DNA of 53,426 nucleotides from a virus (taxonomy: Duplodnaviria > Heunggongvirae > Uroviricota > Caudoviricetes): the IMG/VR virus record IMGVR_UViG_2541047798_000005, one strand, 5' to 3'. The notes beneath the pieces are model-generated. The model saw only the letters and a list, made by a program, of their open reading frames with translations, did no database searches and was not told the origin of the DNA. Positions 37,477 to 45,899 of this stretch are shown here, one piece after another. Each line of letters opens with the position of its first letter. Position 1 is the first letter of the stretch. A program made the position numbers and the translations under genes.

Positions 37477-38175
37477 ATGATCCATGTTCGTACAGGACAA
37501 TTTGCTGCCGTGGTGAACGGTAAGCGCTATGAGTTTAATCCTTGCTTTGCTGCGATGGCTAAAATCGGCAACGATAGTGAGCTTGTCGAATATTTCGCAC
37601 TTATCCACGGCGGCAAATATCCATCACGATTGCCAGCAGATCCAGACCTACGCAATCGCATTCTGGCGCGGTGTTATGGTGAAATAGTTAAGACATCAAT
37701 GCACATCCTGAAATGTTGCTCAGACGACGAAATAGGCCCGTTATTGGGCGAATGCTGGTTTACTCCTTCGGGTAAGTTAAAGTTAAAGCCCGGATTAATG
37801 CCGATCGAGGATATCATCACGCTTGCGCAGCACTGCATGTACCACGGTCTTATTGGTGATGGCCCGGAAGAAGAGTCCGGGGAAATCCCGGAAGGGGAAT
37901 ATAAGCCGACTTTTAACGTCCTTGAATTCGTCTATTCTGCCGTTGCTCACCTGGGCTTGTCAGAATCGGAAGCATGGAATATGACAATGACCGGATATAG
38001 GGCCGCTGTACGCGCTAAAACGCCGCCAGACGAAAGAAACGAGAAAAGCAAGCCAAACATTCACATAAATAAACGTGCTTATGACGAGCAAATGGAGGCC
38101 GCTAAAAAGGCACTAGAAAGAATGAAAAATCGTGAGCAAGAAAAGCCCGGTAGATCCGGGCGTTTTGCTAATTGA
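37477..38175 (+). CDS. Tail assembly chaperone (putative)
   Basis: 232 aa from ATG at 37477; located between major tail and tape measure genes. Confidence 0.4.
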   Translation: MIHVRTGQFAAVVNGKRYEFNPCFAAMAKIGNDSELVEYFALIHGGKYPSRLPADPDLRNRILARCYGEIVKTSMHILKCCSDDEIGPLLGECWFTPSGKLKLKPGLMPIEDIITLAQHCMYHGLIGDGPEEESGEIPEGEYKPTFNVLEFVYSAVAHLGLSESEAWNMTMTGYRAAVRAKTPPDERNEKSKPNIHINKRAYDEQMEAAKKALERMKNREQEKPGRSGRFAN

Positions 38176-38542
38176 AATCTTTAATTGCTGTACCTGGTGA
38201 ACTGTGTGTGATTGTATTGTATACAGACTTTGCCTTACTGCGATCTTTCCATTCTTTTAGGATGCAGTTATCAAACTTTGCGATAACCCTTGAAGGGGAT
38301 AATTCTTCAACATCCATGTAAGTAAATCCTATCGTGCTGGTTACTGAATACCATACGTGATAACTATAATTACCGTCATGCTCGATTCTTTGTGGTTCCC
38401 CCATTATTTTATTCACTTGCTCACAAGTCATTCCAACTTGCAAATTTTTATCAGCTAACTTAACGAAATCAGTTGATCTTGCGCACCCTGTAAGAGCTAA
38501 AGCCATAACACCAATGAGAACCGCTTTGATTATTTTTTTCAT
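38168..38542 (-). CDS. Lipoprotein (moron)
   Basis: 124 aa; signal peptide with lipobox LTGC; AAGGGG RBS; opposite strand to tail operon. Confidence 0.65.
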   Translation of the reverse strand: MKKIIKAVLIGVMALALTGCARSTDFVKLADKNLQVGMTCEQVNKIMGEPQRIEHDGNYSYHVWYSVTSTIGFTYMDVEELSPSRVIAKFDNCILKEWKDRSKAKSVYNTITHSSPGTAIKDFN

Positions 38543-38552
38543 GATTTACCCC

Positions 38553-39212
38553 TTAATTCCAGTTGCAAGCGTTTTTCACTTTGTCGATGTGGTTATAAAG
38601 ACCATCAATGTTAAACACTGCTTTCTCAATGTCGCCAGCTTCCGGCACTACTTCAATGATGAATTGTTTTTCGTTAACCAGTTTTTTAATCATTGGGATG
38701 GCTTTTTTGCCGTCCCATAATCCAAGAGCTTTATAATTAGTTGACCGCCACCACTCAGTAGCTACAGCTTTGTGAACGCCGATCCGGTAGTTAATATAAG
38801 TAGTGTCCCCGGCGTCAGTTACATGGTGTGACCATGCTACGAACATTTTTGTTTTATTACCCTGGCAAGCGATTGTTAATACCGGTTTATTCTTATCCTG
38901 TGCCTTCAGTGTCGGGAAAGCATCAAGACTTCCGCTGAATTGTTCTGCTTTCACAAAAAGGAATACGTTTTTTGCGTCCTGCATATCATCTTTTCTTTCA
39001 ACTACAAGCCACTGTTTACCAGCATTTTCTTTTTCTAACTGTGCATCGTATGCGGCTTGTTTTGCTTGTTGTTCTGCAAGCCATTTAGCATTTTTCTCTG
39101 CTAATGCTTGTTGCTCTTGATTGGTCACTATAGGCGCTTTTTCATTATCCTCATTGCAACCAACCAGACCCAATACCGCCGCAATCATTGCCACTTTTGC
39201 TAACCGTTTCAT
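38553..39212 (-). CDS. Lipoprotein (moron)
   Basis: 219 aa; signal peptide with lipobox LVGC; opposite strand to tail operon. Confidence 0.65.
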   Translation of the reverse strand: MKRLAKVAMIAAVLGLVGCNEDNEKAPIVTNQEQQALAEKNAKWLAEQQAKQAAYDAQLEKENAGKQWLVVERKDDMQDAKNVFLFVKAEQFSGSLDAFPTLKAQDKNKPVLTIACQGNKTKMFVAWSHHVTDAGDTTYINYRIGVHKAVATEWWRSTNYKALGLWDGKKAIPMIKKLVNEKQFIIEVVPEAGDIEKAVFNIDGLYNHIDKVKNACNWN

Positions 39213-39258
39213 AACCCACCACGCTAACTTGATTTACTGACCATTCCCTTTAGCTTCC

Positions 39259-39300
39259 TTATACAAAATGGAGTCGTTGAAGTAAAGCCATTTTGTATAA
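39259..39300. promoter_or_regulatory. Perfect 13-bp inverted repeat TTATACAAAATGG-N16-CCATTTTGTATAA; candidate divergent promoter/operator
   Basis: Each arm ends in a TATAA(A/G) -10-like hexamer facing outward toward the tape measure gene (+) and the lipoprotein genes (-). Confidence 0.5.
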
Positions 39301-39339
39301 AATAGATACACAGATCACATTTTTGCATGAGGTTAAATC

Positions 39340-41682
39340 ATGGCTACCAGTGTAGGTACAATTTATTACGAAGTTGATGCGAAAACTGGTCAACTTCTCG
39401 TTGCACAACGACAGGCAGACCAGGCCTTTGATCGTATAGAGCGCGGCGCAAAACAGGCTGACCGCCAGGTAAACACCCTGAAAACATCCATCAAGGCACT
39501 GACCAGGGTTATCCATCTGCTAATTGCTGCGGAGGCTGTGCGCCAATTTATGGATATGGCGGAGCAAGCAAAAATGCTTCGCGTAAAAATCAAAATGCTT
39601 ACGGGCGATGCGGAGTCCGCCGGACGGGTTTTCGACGGCCTGAAAGCAATATCCAGGGAGACGGGGCAGAGCCTGAAAGATACTGGCGAATTATGGCAAG
39701 GCCTGGCTATCTCACTAAAAAACACCTCCGCTACGGAAGGGCAATTGCTTAACCTGGTTGGCACTATTCAGAAAATGGGTGCATTAGGCGGCGCGTCAGC
39801 GGAACAGATGTCTAACTCAATGCGTCAATTCCGTCAGTCTATCGACGGCGGTGTTCTTCGTGCCGAAGAATTTAACAGCCTGCTTGAAAATACGCCGACC
39901 ATCGTACAAACAATGGCCCGCCATATGGGATTATCAATGGGCCAGTTCCGCGCCGAAATGCTGGACGGCAAGATCACGGCTGAAAGGATGGTTAACGCAA
40001 TACAGGCGGCTACGCAGGAAACAAACGATAAGTTTGCTCAGTTGCCGCGCACATCCGGCATGGCTATCAATGAGCTTAAAGTAGAAATTATGGGCCTTGT
40101 TGAGCAGTTGGATGATCTTTTTGGCGTGTCAGATGGCGTTGTTTCAGCTATCGACTTGATCACGAAAGGCGTTAAAGGGCTTGGCGATGGCGCTAAATTC
40201 GCTAAAACCTGCTTCGACACACTCAAAACGGCTGGTAGCGAATTTATCGACATGTTTGATGATGTGGCTGTTAAGGCTGGAGAGGTGGCAGAGAAGATCA
40301 TCGCAATGGTGACGCCAATCAAGGCGCTAATGGATGGCTATAAATGGATGAAGGAGGTAGTAGGAGAGCAAACCGACGAATATAACAGCAACTACGAGAA
40401 GAAATACGGGAAGACCGTTGGCAAGGTCATGCAACTACAGGATGATCTGACCGCAGCAATCCAGGCTACAGAAGAAGCAAGGAAAAATGAACAGAATGCT
40501 GCCAATGACGGAGCGATTACCGGATTCGACAAGCCAGTAGACAAGCCGAAAAAACAGAAAAAAGAGAAGAAATCGGAAGCTGATCGGCTTGGTGACAAAG
40601 GTATAAGCGTTTCTGATCAGTACAACAAAGACGCCGCCGCCATGCGCAAAGCGTTGGAGAACGGCAAGGCCATTGATGCTGCATTTGCCCAGGGTAAAAT
40701 CACGCTCCTTGAGTACCGCGCCGCGCAAAAAGGGATCGGCAAGGAACTGAAAGAAGAATTAGCACAAATTCCGGTAGATGAATTGCGTGATAAATGGTCA
40801 CAAATAGTAAGCCCGATGGATCAGCTAAAAGGCGAAGTTGACCCCATCCAGCAGGCGCAAAATGAATGGGCCATCCGTAAGCAAATGCTTATAGACCTGG
40901 GCGCTACTGAAGCGCAACAGAAACAGGAATTGTTAGCCTATGAGCAACAGATCCGCGATCTGAAATGGGAACAATGGCAGGCGCAAAGCGACACAAACGG
41001 CCTTATCGGTGATTGTGTTAATGGCCTTAAAGGCGGAATGAGTAATGCGCTTGTTGGCCTGTTAAACGGCACTCAATCATTGAGTGATGTTTTTGCTAAC
41101 TTAGGAAGCAATATACTCGGCAATATCGGTAACAGACTCTCAGACATAGCTGCAAACTGGATAGCAGATCAGATCATGATGGAGACACAAAGCAAGGCCA
41201 CGCAAACAAGTACAACAGCAAGCGCGGTAGCAGCTCAGGGAAGCATTGCTGCGGCGGCGGCCCCAGCAGCGGCGGCAACTGCGGCGTCAACTGGCGGTAG
41301 CTGGGCGGCGGCTGGTTCGGCGGCGCTCACTGCGATCATGTCGCTGGCTACGTCAATTTTCGGCGGCGGTCGCTTTAATGGTGGTAGCGTCATTGGTGGT
41401 AATATGTACCGCGTAGGGGAACACAACAGGCCGGAGCTATTCCAGACATCTAACGGCAATCAATATATGATCCCTGGCGAGAACGGCAGAGTTATTCCGG
41501 GCCGTGATATTGGCGGCGGTGGCGGTATTAGTATGCCTGTCAGTATCAGCATTCAGACCACGAACGGATTCAGCGACGAAGACAGCCGCAGACTTGAATT
41601 AACAATGGAACGTGTAGCCATGAAAATGATAACAAGGGAATCTCAAAGACCAGGCGGAATGTTGCAACCTCGCCGCAAATAA
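39340..41682 (+). CDS. H: Tail tape measure protein
   Basis: 780 aa; extended alpha-helical region and Gly/Ala-rich segment; followed by lambda-type M, L, K, I, J. Confidence 0.85.
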   Translation: MATSVGTIYYEVDAKTGQLLVAQRQADQAFDRIERGAKQADRQVNTLKTSIKALTRVIHLLIAAEAVRQFMDMAEQAKMLRVKIKMLTGDAESAGRVFDGLKAISRETGQSLKDTGELWQGLAISLKNTSATEGQLLNLVGTIQKMGALGGASAEQMSNSMRQFRQSIDGGVLRAEEFNSLLENTPTIVQTMARHMGLSMGQFRAEMLDGKITAERMVNAIQAATQETNDKFAQLPRTSGMAINELKVEIMGLVEQLDDLFGVSDGVVSAIDLITKGVKGLGDGAKFAKTCFDTLKTAGSEFIDMFDDVAVKAGEVAEKIIAMVTPIKALMDGYKWMKEVVGEQTDEYNSNYEKKYGKTVGKVMQLQDDLTAAIQATEEARKNEQNAANDGAITGFDKPVDKPKKQKKEKKSEADRLGDKGISVSDQYNKDAAAMRKALENGKAIDAAFAQGKITLLEYRAAQKGIGKELKEELAQIPVDELRDKWSQIVSPMDQLKGEVDPIQQAQNEWAIRKQMLIDLGATEAQQKQELLAYEQQIRDLKWEQWQAQSDTNGLIGDCVNGLKGGMSNALVGLLNGTQSLSDVFANLGSNILGNIGNRLSDIAANWIADQIMMETQSKATQTSTTASAVAAQGSIAAAAAPAAAATAASTGGSWAAAGSAALTAIMSLATSIFGGGRFNGGSVIGGNMYRVGEHNRPELFQTSNGNQYMIPGENGRVIPGRDIGGGGGISMPVSISIQTTNGFSDEDSRRLELTMERVAMKMITRESQRPGGMLQPRRK

Positions 41683-41686
41683 ACTA

Positions 41687-41716
41687 AACCCCGGTGCAAT
41701 GCCGGGGTTATTTTTC
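41687..41716 (+). terminator. Rho-independent terminator after tape measure gene
   Basis: CCCCGG-tgcaatg-CCGGGG hairpin plus T-run; near-identical to the terminator at 35100. Confidence 0.75.
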
Positions 41717-41768
41717 GTATTTATAAACGACCATTCCGCGCGATATATCCCCTTTCGAATATCTCGAC

Positions 41769-42023
41769 TCACTTATGAGTGCCTTTCACGCCACATAACT
41801 TGTTATAGGCATGGTGCTCAACAATTAACCAAACCTTCAAATCTTCGCTAAACAGCCTCCAATCAAGATTGATATCCATTTTGTATCCGTAACCGTCGCG
41901 TAACTTTTTGGGGTAAACTTCTTTTCTCAGAAAGGCTTTAAGTAATTCCTTACCTTTCTTGATGATCCGGTCCTGTGCGTTTTTCTGTGCTTTCAGATTT
42001 CTGTCAATCGCTACCAGTTTCAT
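41769..42023 (-). CDS. Small basic protein, candidate toxin-like component of a two-gene cassette
   Basis: 84 aa; 17 nt downstream of a 51-aa ORF on the same strand; family not confidently assigned. Confidence 0.35.
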   Translation of the reverse strand: MKLVAIDRNLKAQKNAQDRIIKKGKELLKAFLRKEVYPKKLRDGYGYKMDINLDWRLFSEDLKVWLIVEHHAYNKLCGVKGTHK

Positions 42024-42040
42024 AACTCACCCCATCATCC

Positions 42041-42196
42041 TTAGTTAAGTGCCTTCAGGAAGAAGTCCCGGTATTCATCTTCTTTCGCATTCATCATGAA
42101 TTGACCGTATTTGAATGCGTCGTCGAAACCCTTAACGATTGCTATTTCCACTTGTTCGAATGCGTTATTTAGCATTACTACTACATAGCGTTTCAT
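42041..42196 (-). CDS. Small protein (51 aa), candidate antitoxin-like partner
   Basis: Not in ORF track; ATG with GGAGG RBS; candidate promoter TTCACA-17-TATATA upstream on minus strand. Confidence 0.35.
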   Translation of the reverse strand: MKRYVVVMLNNAFEQVEIAIVKGFDDAFKYGQFMMNAKEDEYRDFFLKALN

Positions 42197-42236
42197 TTTG
42201 GGCCTCCTTCGTTGGTACTGCTTTCTTCTTGCTTTC

Positions 42237-42304
42237 TATATACATCTTGTTGCGTGCTATGTGAAGCCATTTTGTAAACTAGCTATAATCATTGTGACAA
42301 TGAT
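42237..42304. promoter_or_regulatory. Control region: minus-strand promoter (TTCACA-17-TATATA), CCATTTTGTAAAC motif, TATAAT box and perfect palindrome ATCATTGTgACAATGAT (42288-42304)
   Basis: Direct reading; palindrome has 8-bp arms around a single central base. Confidence 0.45.
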
Positions 42305-42363
42305 CTTATTTTTCGCGTAGAAGCGCGTAAAGATATATACAAAATGTAACTTGTGGGGGTTTT

Positions 42364-42717
42364 ATGCCGGAAGTGTTCAGATGGACGCCGCAAAGAAGCT
42401 ACAGCGTGACCAGGAAGCCAGACGTATCTGTTGTTAAGCTGGGCGATGGTTATGAGCAAAGACAGGTAAAAGGTATCAATCCATTGCTTGATAGCTACAC
42501 CCTGGTGTTTAAAGGCAGTAGCGCCGGATGTGGTGATGGTGGAAACGTAGCAATCCAGGCGGAAGCATTCTTGAGGGCGCGCGGCGCGGTCGAGGCTTTT
42601 TACTGGTCGCCGTCAATGGATAACGTGCAAAGGCTTTTTGTCTGTCGGCAATGGAGCATGACTAAAGACGGGCCTTTGTACACGCTAAACGCAACGTTTG
42701 AGCAAGTTGTTGGCTAA
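42364..42717 (+). CDS. M: Minor tail protein M
   Basis: 117 aa; similarity to lambda gpM as recalled (...FRW.....LGDGY.QR...G.N.....Y...F......FEQVV). Confidence 0.8.
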   Translation: MPEVFRWTPQRSYSVTRKPDVSVVKLGDGYEQRQVKGINPLLDSYTLVFKGSSAGCGDGGNVAIQAEAFLRARGAVEAFYWSPSMDNVQRLFVCRQWSMTKDGPLYTLNATFEQVVG

Positions 42718-42914
42718 TGGGGGTTGTTATGTACGGGACTTGTGTAGTTGACAAAACTTACGCTTTTACATTGTTTGACGACTATGAGATCAACGACCTT
42801 ACTGTAAAAGCTGACAACGGCGATATATGGTATCTTCACGACGTTGGTGATGGGTACGTTGGGTGTAGATCCCGGGAAGGGAAGGAGGTTTTATTTTTGG
42901 TTGATGGCGTATAA
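42717..42914 (+). CDS. Hypothetical small protein (moron, between M and L)
   Basis: 65 aa; followed by terminator. Confidence 0.4.
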   Translation: MGVVMYGTCVVDKTYAFTLFDDYEINDLTVKADNGDIWYLHDVGDGYVGCRSREGKEVLFLVDGV

Positions 42915-42918
42915 ACAC

Positions 42919-42947
42919 GACCCCGCGCGAAGCGGGGTTATTTTTAT
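42919..42947 (+). terminator. Rho-independent terminator
   Basis: CCCCGC-gcgaa-GCGGGG hairpin followed by TTATTTTTA. Confidence 0.7.
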
Positions 42948-43070
42948 TCTATTTCCATTAATGCTATATTTTCTGCTATCGTTTTCCAGTCCAGATCTAC
43001 AGCATGAACGCCAAATACTATCAACCCCATTATTATTAGCGCCAAAACTTCTATTTTTATAATCAGTCAC

Positions 43071-43319
43071 CTATAAGTTATCACGCAGATAATTAACGCC
43101 CTTATCAGTGACGAATGAATGGTTAACCTGGTTTTCATCCGTCATGATGATGAATAACTTTTCATGTAGGTATTTCGCTTTCGGGTACAGCGTTAAACAG
43201 ACCTGGTACAGTATCCCGCGCTCAATCAGCAAATCAATAAATTCGTGTTCATGATAACCGATGAGGCGGGCGGCCTGTTTCAACGTGTACACATAATCAC
43301 CGTGATTGCGCCGCCCCAT
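43071..43319 (-). CDS. Hypothetical protein (moron cassette gene 3)
   Basis: 82 aa; opposite strand to tail operon. Confidence 0.45.
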   Translation of the reverse strand: MGRRNHGDYVYTLKQAARLIGYHEHEFIDLLIERGILYQVCLTLYPKAKYLHEKLFIIMTDENQVNHSFVTDKGVNYLRDNL

Positions 43320-43328
43320 GTTGCCGCC

Positions 43329-43676
43329 TTATTTATCGAATGCTGAAAGGTTATCGATACAGAAATCTTTCGCCGCTTTTTCGTATTCGCGTTTTGCTTC
43401 TGGATCGTCAGCCGGGAAACCTTTTGCGTGTATTTCACCAGGGCAAGACTGGTCCATAGAATCTGCATAATAAGCAGTGAAGCTACCATTAATATCTTTC
43501 GGGTTCATATCTTCCACCTCATCAACTATCTGTACCGGATTAGCAGCATATTTCACTGGATGGCCTAAACTACATTCAAGAATCCTGCCTTCTTCCAGGG
43601 CTACTTCTTCGCTATCAAATAATCCGAAACACTCCTTGCTACCACTTAACCACACATCAAGACTGTATTTTTTCAT
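43329..43676 (-). CDS. Hypothetical protein (moron cassette gene 2)
   Basis: 115 aa from ATG at 43676 with GAGG RBS. Confidence 0.45.
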   Translation of the reverse strand: MKKYSLDVWLSGSKECFGLFDSEEVALEEGRILECSLGHPVKYAANPVQIVDEVEDMNPKDINGSFTAYYADSMDQSCPGEIHAKGFPADDPEAKREYEKAAKDFCIDNLSAFDK

Positions 43677-43845
43677 TTTTGTTAGCCTCATATTTGACAG
43701 GTTCGATCTGGTATCCCAAAAGGCGGTCATCCTCAGCAAGTAAAAGCGCGTCAACCAATGCTTCACCCTCGTCGTCATACAGGGCGATAACCTTTTCCCT
43801 ACCGTCTGTCATGAATACCGTCAACTTCCATAGCTTTTCAGTCAT
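43657..43845 (-). CDS. Hypothetical small acidic protein (moron cassette gene 1)
   Basis: 62 aa from ATG at 43845 with GGAGG RBS; overlaps gene 2 start by 20 nt. Confidence 0.4.
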   Translation of the reverse strand: MTEKLWKLTVFMTDGREKVIALYDDEGEALVDALLLAEDDRLLGYQIEPVKYEANKNEKIQS

Positions 43846-43974
43846 AACGCACCTCCGCGCCATTTTGTTAACTATGCTTCCGTTTGAGTAAAATATACAT
43901 ATTGTAAAAACCGCGATCAATCCATTTTGGTATGATTTAGCGTGACGCAGATCACAGAATGACAAGGTGAGAAA

Positions 43975-44679
43975 ATGCGCAATATTCCGAGAGAAATGAT
44001 TATTGATTCCGTCGATGCCGGAGTCGGCGCGGTAATTGACTTGTTTGAATTAGACCTCACGCCCCTGGGTGGCGAGGTTATCCGCTTCCATTCCGGCGTG
44101 AATGGCTATTACGGCCCGGTTATCTGGAAGGGGGTGGCTTACAACAGCTACCCTATCGAGGCCACTGGCTTCGAAATGAAAAACGAGGGTGTCTATTCAC
44201 GCCCGCAAATGGTTGTAGCCAACATTGGCGGCCTAATCACCGGGATGAATAACGATTTCAACGACCTGCGAGGAATGAAAGTTACACGCCGCCAGGTGGA
44301 AGTAAAATACCTGGACGCCATCAACTTCCCCAACGGCAACCCGGATGCAGATCCGTCTATCGAGGCGGTGTCTTTTTACGTCGTTGAGGCGATGAGCGAA
44401 GAAACAGCCGACCAGGTGCAATATGAGCTGTCAACGCCAATTGATGCTGACAAGGCGGTTATCCCAGGGCGCACAATCCTTGCTGACGTTTGCCAATGGC
44501 AATATCGCGGCGACGGTTGCGGATACAGTGGCGGCCCTGTAGCTACTGATAAAGACGAATCGACCAGCGATCCAAAGCTGGATAAATGCAGCCACCGCCT
44601 GAGCGGTTGCCGTTTACGTTTCCCGCGCCCGAATCCGTTACCAATTTCATGTTTCCCAGGATCGAGCAAGGTGGGTTGA
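43975..44679 (+). CDS. L: Minor tail protein L
   Basis: 234 aa; similarity to lambda gpL as recalled (...DLTPLGGEV..F......Y..YPI...GFE.......RP...V.N......GM......L.G..V.RR.V....LDA.NF.NGN..ADP...). Confidence 0.85.
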   Translation: MRNIPREMIIDSVDAGVGAVIDLFELDLTPLGGEVIRFHSGVNGYYGPVIWKGVAYNSYPIEATGFEMKNEGVYSRPQMVVANIGGLITGMNNDFNDLRGMKVTRRQVEVKYLDAINFPNGNPDADPSIEAVSFYVVEAMSEETADQVQYELSTPIDADKAVIPGRTILADVCQWQYRGDGCGYSGGPVATDKDESTSDPKLDKCSHRLSGCRLRFPRPNPLPISCFPGSSKVG

Positions 44680-44681
44680 TT

Positions 44682-45413
44682 ATGGCACTTGAAGATAAAA
44701 TGATTCGCTATGCAGCAGCCCACCCGCGCGAGGAAGTGTGCGGGCTGGTGATAGATAACGATTATTTTTACCCGTGCGCTAACGTGTCTGAAACGCCGCA
44801 CAACAGCTTTAAAATCTCGCCTGACGATTATATCAAAGCTGACGAATTGGGCGTTATAACAGCCGTTTTCCACTCTCACGTTGAAGATATTCCGGTATTG
44901 TCGGCACGGGATCGACAACAGCAGGTTATTTCCGGCCTGCCGTGGTTTTTATGTTCCGGTGGCATGGTGAGGAAATTCCGCCCGGTGGCGCACCTGTTAG
45001 GCCGTAAATTTGAACACGGGAAAACAGATTGCTACTCGCTTTTTCGTGACGCCTATCACCTTTGCGGCGTGGATCTGCCTGACTTTGAACGCCACGATGG
45101 GTGGTGGCTGCGTGGGGAAAACCTGTACATAAAAAACCTGCCATTGAACGGGTTTTTCATGGTTGATGCGCAAAGCATTCAGCCTGGTGACGTGATTATT
45201 CGCCAGCCGTTCAAGGGTGCTGACCCATGTCACGCGATGATTTACCTGGGCGATAACACTGTTTTGCATCATGACAATGCCGGACTGCTAAGCCGCCGCG
45301 AGCAAATGCGGCCCGCGTATGTTCGACAAACGCATTCAATATGGAGATCTGACAAATGCTCAAATTTAGATTTACGGGCAATCTTCGAAGATATTACGGC
45401 AAAGTGTGTTTAA
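44682..45413 (+). CDS. K: Tail assembly protein K
   Basis: 243 aa from ATG at 44682; lambda K-like region (DGWWLRGENLYIKN..., HAMIYLGDN); MPN/NlpC-like. Confidence 0.75.
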   Translation: MALEDKMIRYAAAHPREEVCGLVIDNDYFYPCANVSETPHNSFKISPDDYIKADELGVITAVFHSHVEDIPVLSARDRQQQVISGLPWFLCSGGMVRKFRPVAHLLGRKFEHGKTDCYSLFRDAYHLCGVDLPDFERHDGWWLRGENLYIKNLPLNGFFMVDAQSIQPGDVIIRQPFKGADPCHAMIYLGDNTVLHHDNAGLLSRREQMRPAYVRQTHSIWRSDKCSNLDLRAIFEDITAKCV

Positions 45414-45886
45414 ACGTTGATACGCCAGCACAAGGACTTAGCCTATTGACCGCGCAGAATCAGGAGTTCAAGAAGGCTTTTTTAAATACACCTTTGCGGT
45501 TACGGATTGCCGGGAAAGATTATAACGAAAAGACGGCCCCGGCAGCGGTTAATAGTAAATACCCTGACGGAACTACCGTCATTATTGCGCCAGTAGTTGA
45601 AGGCGGTATTGCTGGGATTGGTGTTGTAGGCTGGATCCTGATTGGTGTTTCGGTGGTTAGCGTTGCGTTCTCAATCTTTATGTCCCGCAACATGAAGATA
45701 AAAACATCGGCAGAAAGCGCACAAGATAACACCATAACGAACAACACCTACACCAGCATTGAAAACAAGGTGGGCCAGGGTAGACCAGTGCCAATACTAT
45801 TAGGTGAAATGAAAATAGGTTCAAACGTCGGATCGTTAGGCATAGACACAAGCAACAATAGAGACGCCTTAGACGTTGTAAGTTAA
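45356..45886 (+). CDS. I: Tail assembly protein I
   Basis: 176 aa; position and hydrophobic central segment as in lambda gpI. Confidence 0.65.
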   Translation: MLKFRFTGNLRRYYGKVCLNVDTPAQGLSLLTAQNQEFKKAFLNTPLRLRIAGKDYNEKTAPAAVNSKYPDGTTVIIAPVVEGGIAGIGVVGWILIGVSVVSVAFSIFMSRNMKIKTSAESAQDNTITNNTYTSIENKVGQGRPVPILLGEMKIGSNVGSLGIDTSNNRDALDVVS

Positions 45887-45899
45887 CAGGAGAAAAACC

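Noticed and set aside
39390-41459. Several minus-strand ORFs (60-124 aa) inside the tape measure gene
   Set aside because: Antisense to a long confident gene; no RBS support; compositionally biased.
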